Below are positions 63,304 through 64,000 of a stretch of 64,000 nt of DNA, piece after piece (position 1 is the stretch's first letter; every line of letters begins with the position of its first letter). The notes under the pieces are model-generated. The model searched no databases, was not told the origin of the DNA, and saw nothing but the letters and a program-made list of their open reading frames with translations. The DNA is from Guillardia theta CCMP2712 (taxonomy: Eukaryota > Protista > Cryptophyta). Where the stretch lies: NCBI RefSeq assembly GCF_000315625.1, contig NW_005434641.1, forward strand, positions 201,113 to 265,112, in the 5' to 3' direction. Position numbers and translations under genes: made by a program.

Positions 63304-64000
63304 ATGACAGTGGCTGATTTTCATCTTGTCTTGTTTTCAACTTTTGCAATTCGAATTCTTGTTAAACACAATCGATTTGTTGTTTCATTACAATATTGAC
63401 ATTTTGATTCATGGCACAGTGCTGAATACTGCCCATGATGTTTCTAATTGGATGATCCTGATATGCTCTGGGCACTTCAGTGTTATCGAGGATTAGGATT
63501 ATTATAGTGCTCAAGTAGCAACGAAGATTCGTTTTCGAGACTTCGGGTGCACCTGAGGTTGTCCAGCAAGTCAACAAGAGAGATTTTGGCCACCTTTACA
63601 GACTACAAGGCAAGATGAGGGTTTTACTGCATACTTGACTCGATGGTCTCACTTTGTTGCATGAGGCTGCCTGGTCGCAACGAGTGTTGGCCAGGGAAGG
63701 AAAAAAAAATTTCTTCTTTTTTTGGTGTTAAAAAAAAGGGTTCAAGGAGGGGTGGGGGTTGCAAAATTTCGATCTATGCGCCAGTTTTGAAGCTATGCCA
63801 GCAACAGTGAAGAAAGGCGTGAAACACGAACAAAGCCAAGACAAGACGAGAACAGAAGAGCTAAGTAGTCGCCAAAAGCTCCCACATTGCCTGACCCATG
63901 AGACAACAAGTGCTTTTACCTACTGGATTTCCAGGCCAAAGATCGATGGTCGAACAAAATCAATCACACATCGTCCATCCATGAAGCCTAAGTGCGTTCC

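Overview
Eukaryotic nuclear DNA with many short (~45-55 nt) spliceosomal introns. Bipartite signal-peptide+Phe presequences, a phytochrome-Ser/Thr-kinase hybrid and PDZ, RWP-RK and Cys-His repeat proteins point to a cryptophyte alga (Guillardia/Hanusia-like; inferred, not confirmed). The ORF track misses the most important gene: an ~8 kb, heavily split PAS-GAF-PHY-PAS-Ser/Thr kinase-RING phytochrome (~6703-14645, +) with a further unrecognised C-terminal region. Other genes: a PH-domain protein, a plastid-type J-protein, B12D/NDUFA4-like, an atypical SDR, an ankyrin protein, a GHSAG hydrolase, alkyl-DHAP synthase, a 14-repeat CxH-x6-CxxC protein, a TRPV-like channel, a PDZ protein, HAPSTR1-like, an IQ-LRR-C2 protein and two RWP-RK copies from a recent 1389-bp duplication. 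Non-coding structure includes a dispersed ~200-bp repeat family with a 33-bp perfect foldback, paired GC-rich and GGGGT/ACCCC-skewed intergenic tracts, inverted hexamer arrays around a divergent promoter, and a 16x19-bp minisatellite. Exon boundaries were read by eye, so multi-exon gene ends are approximate.
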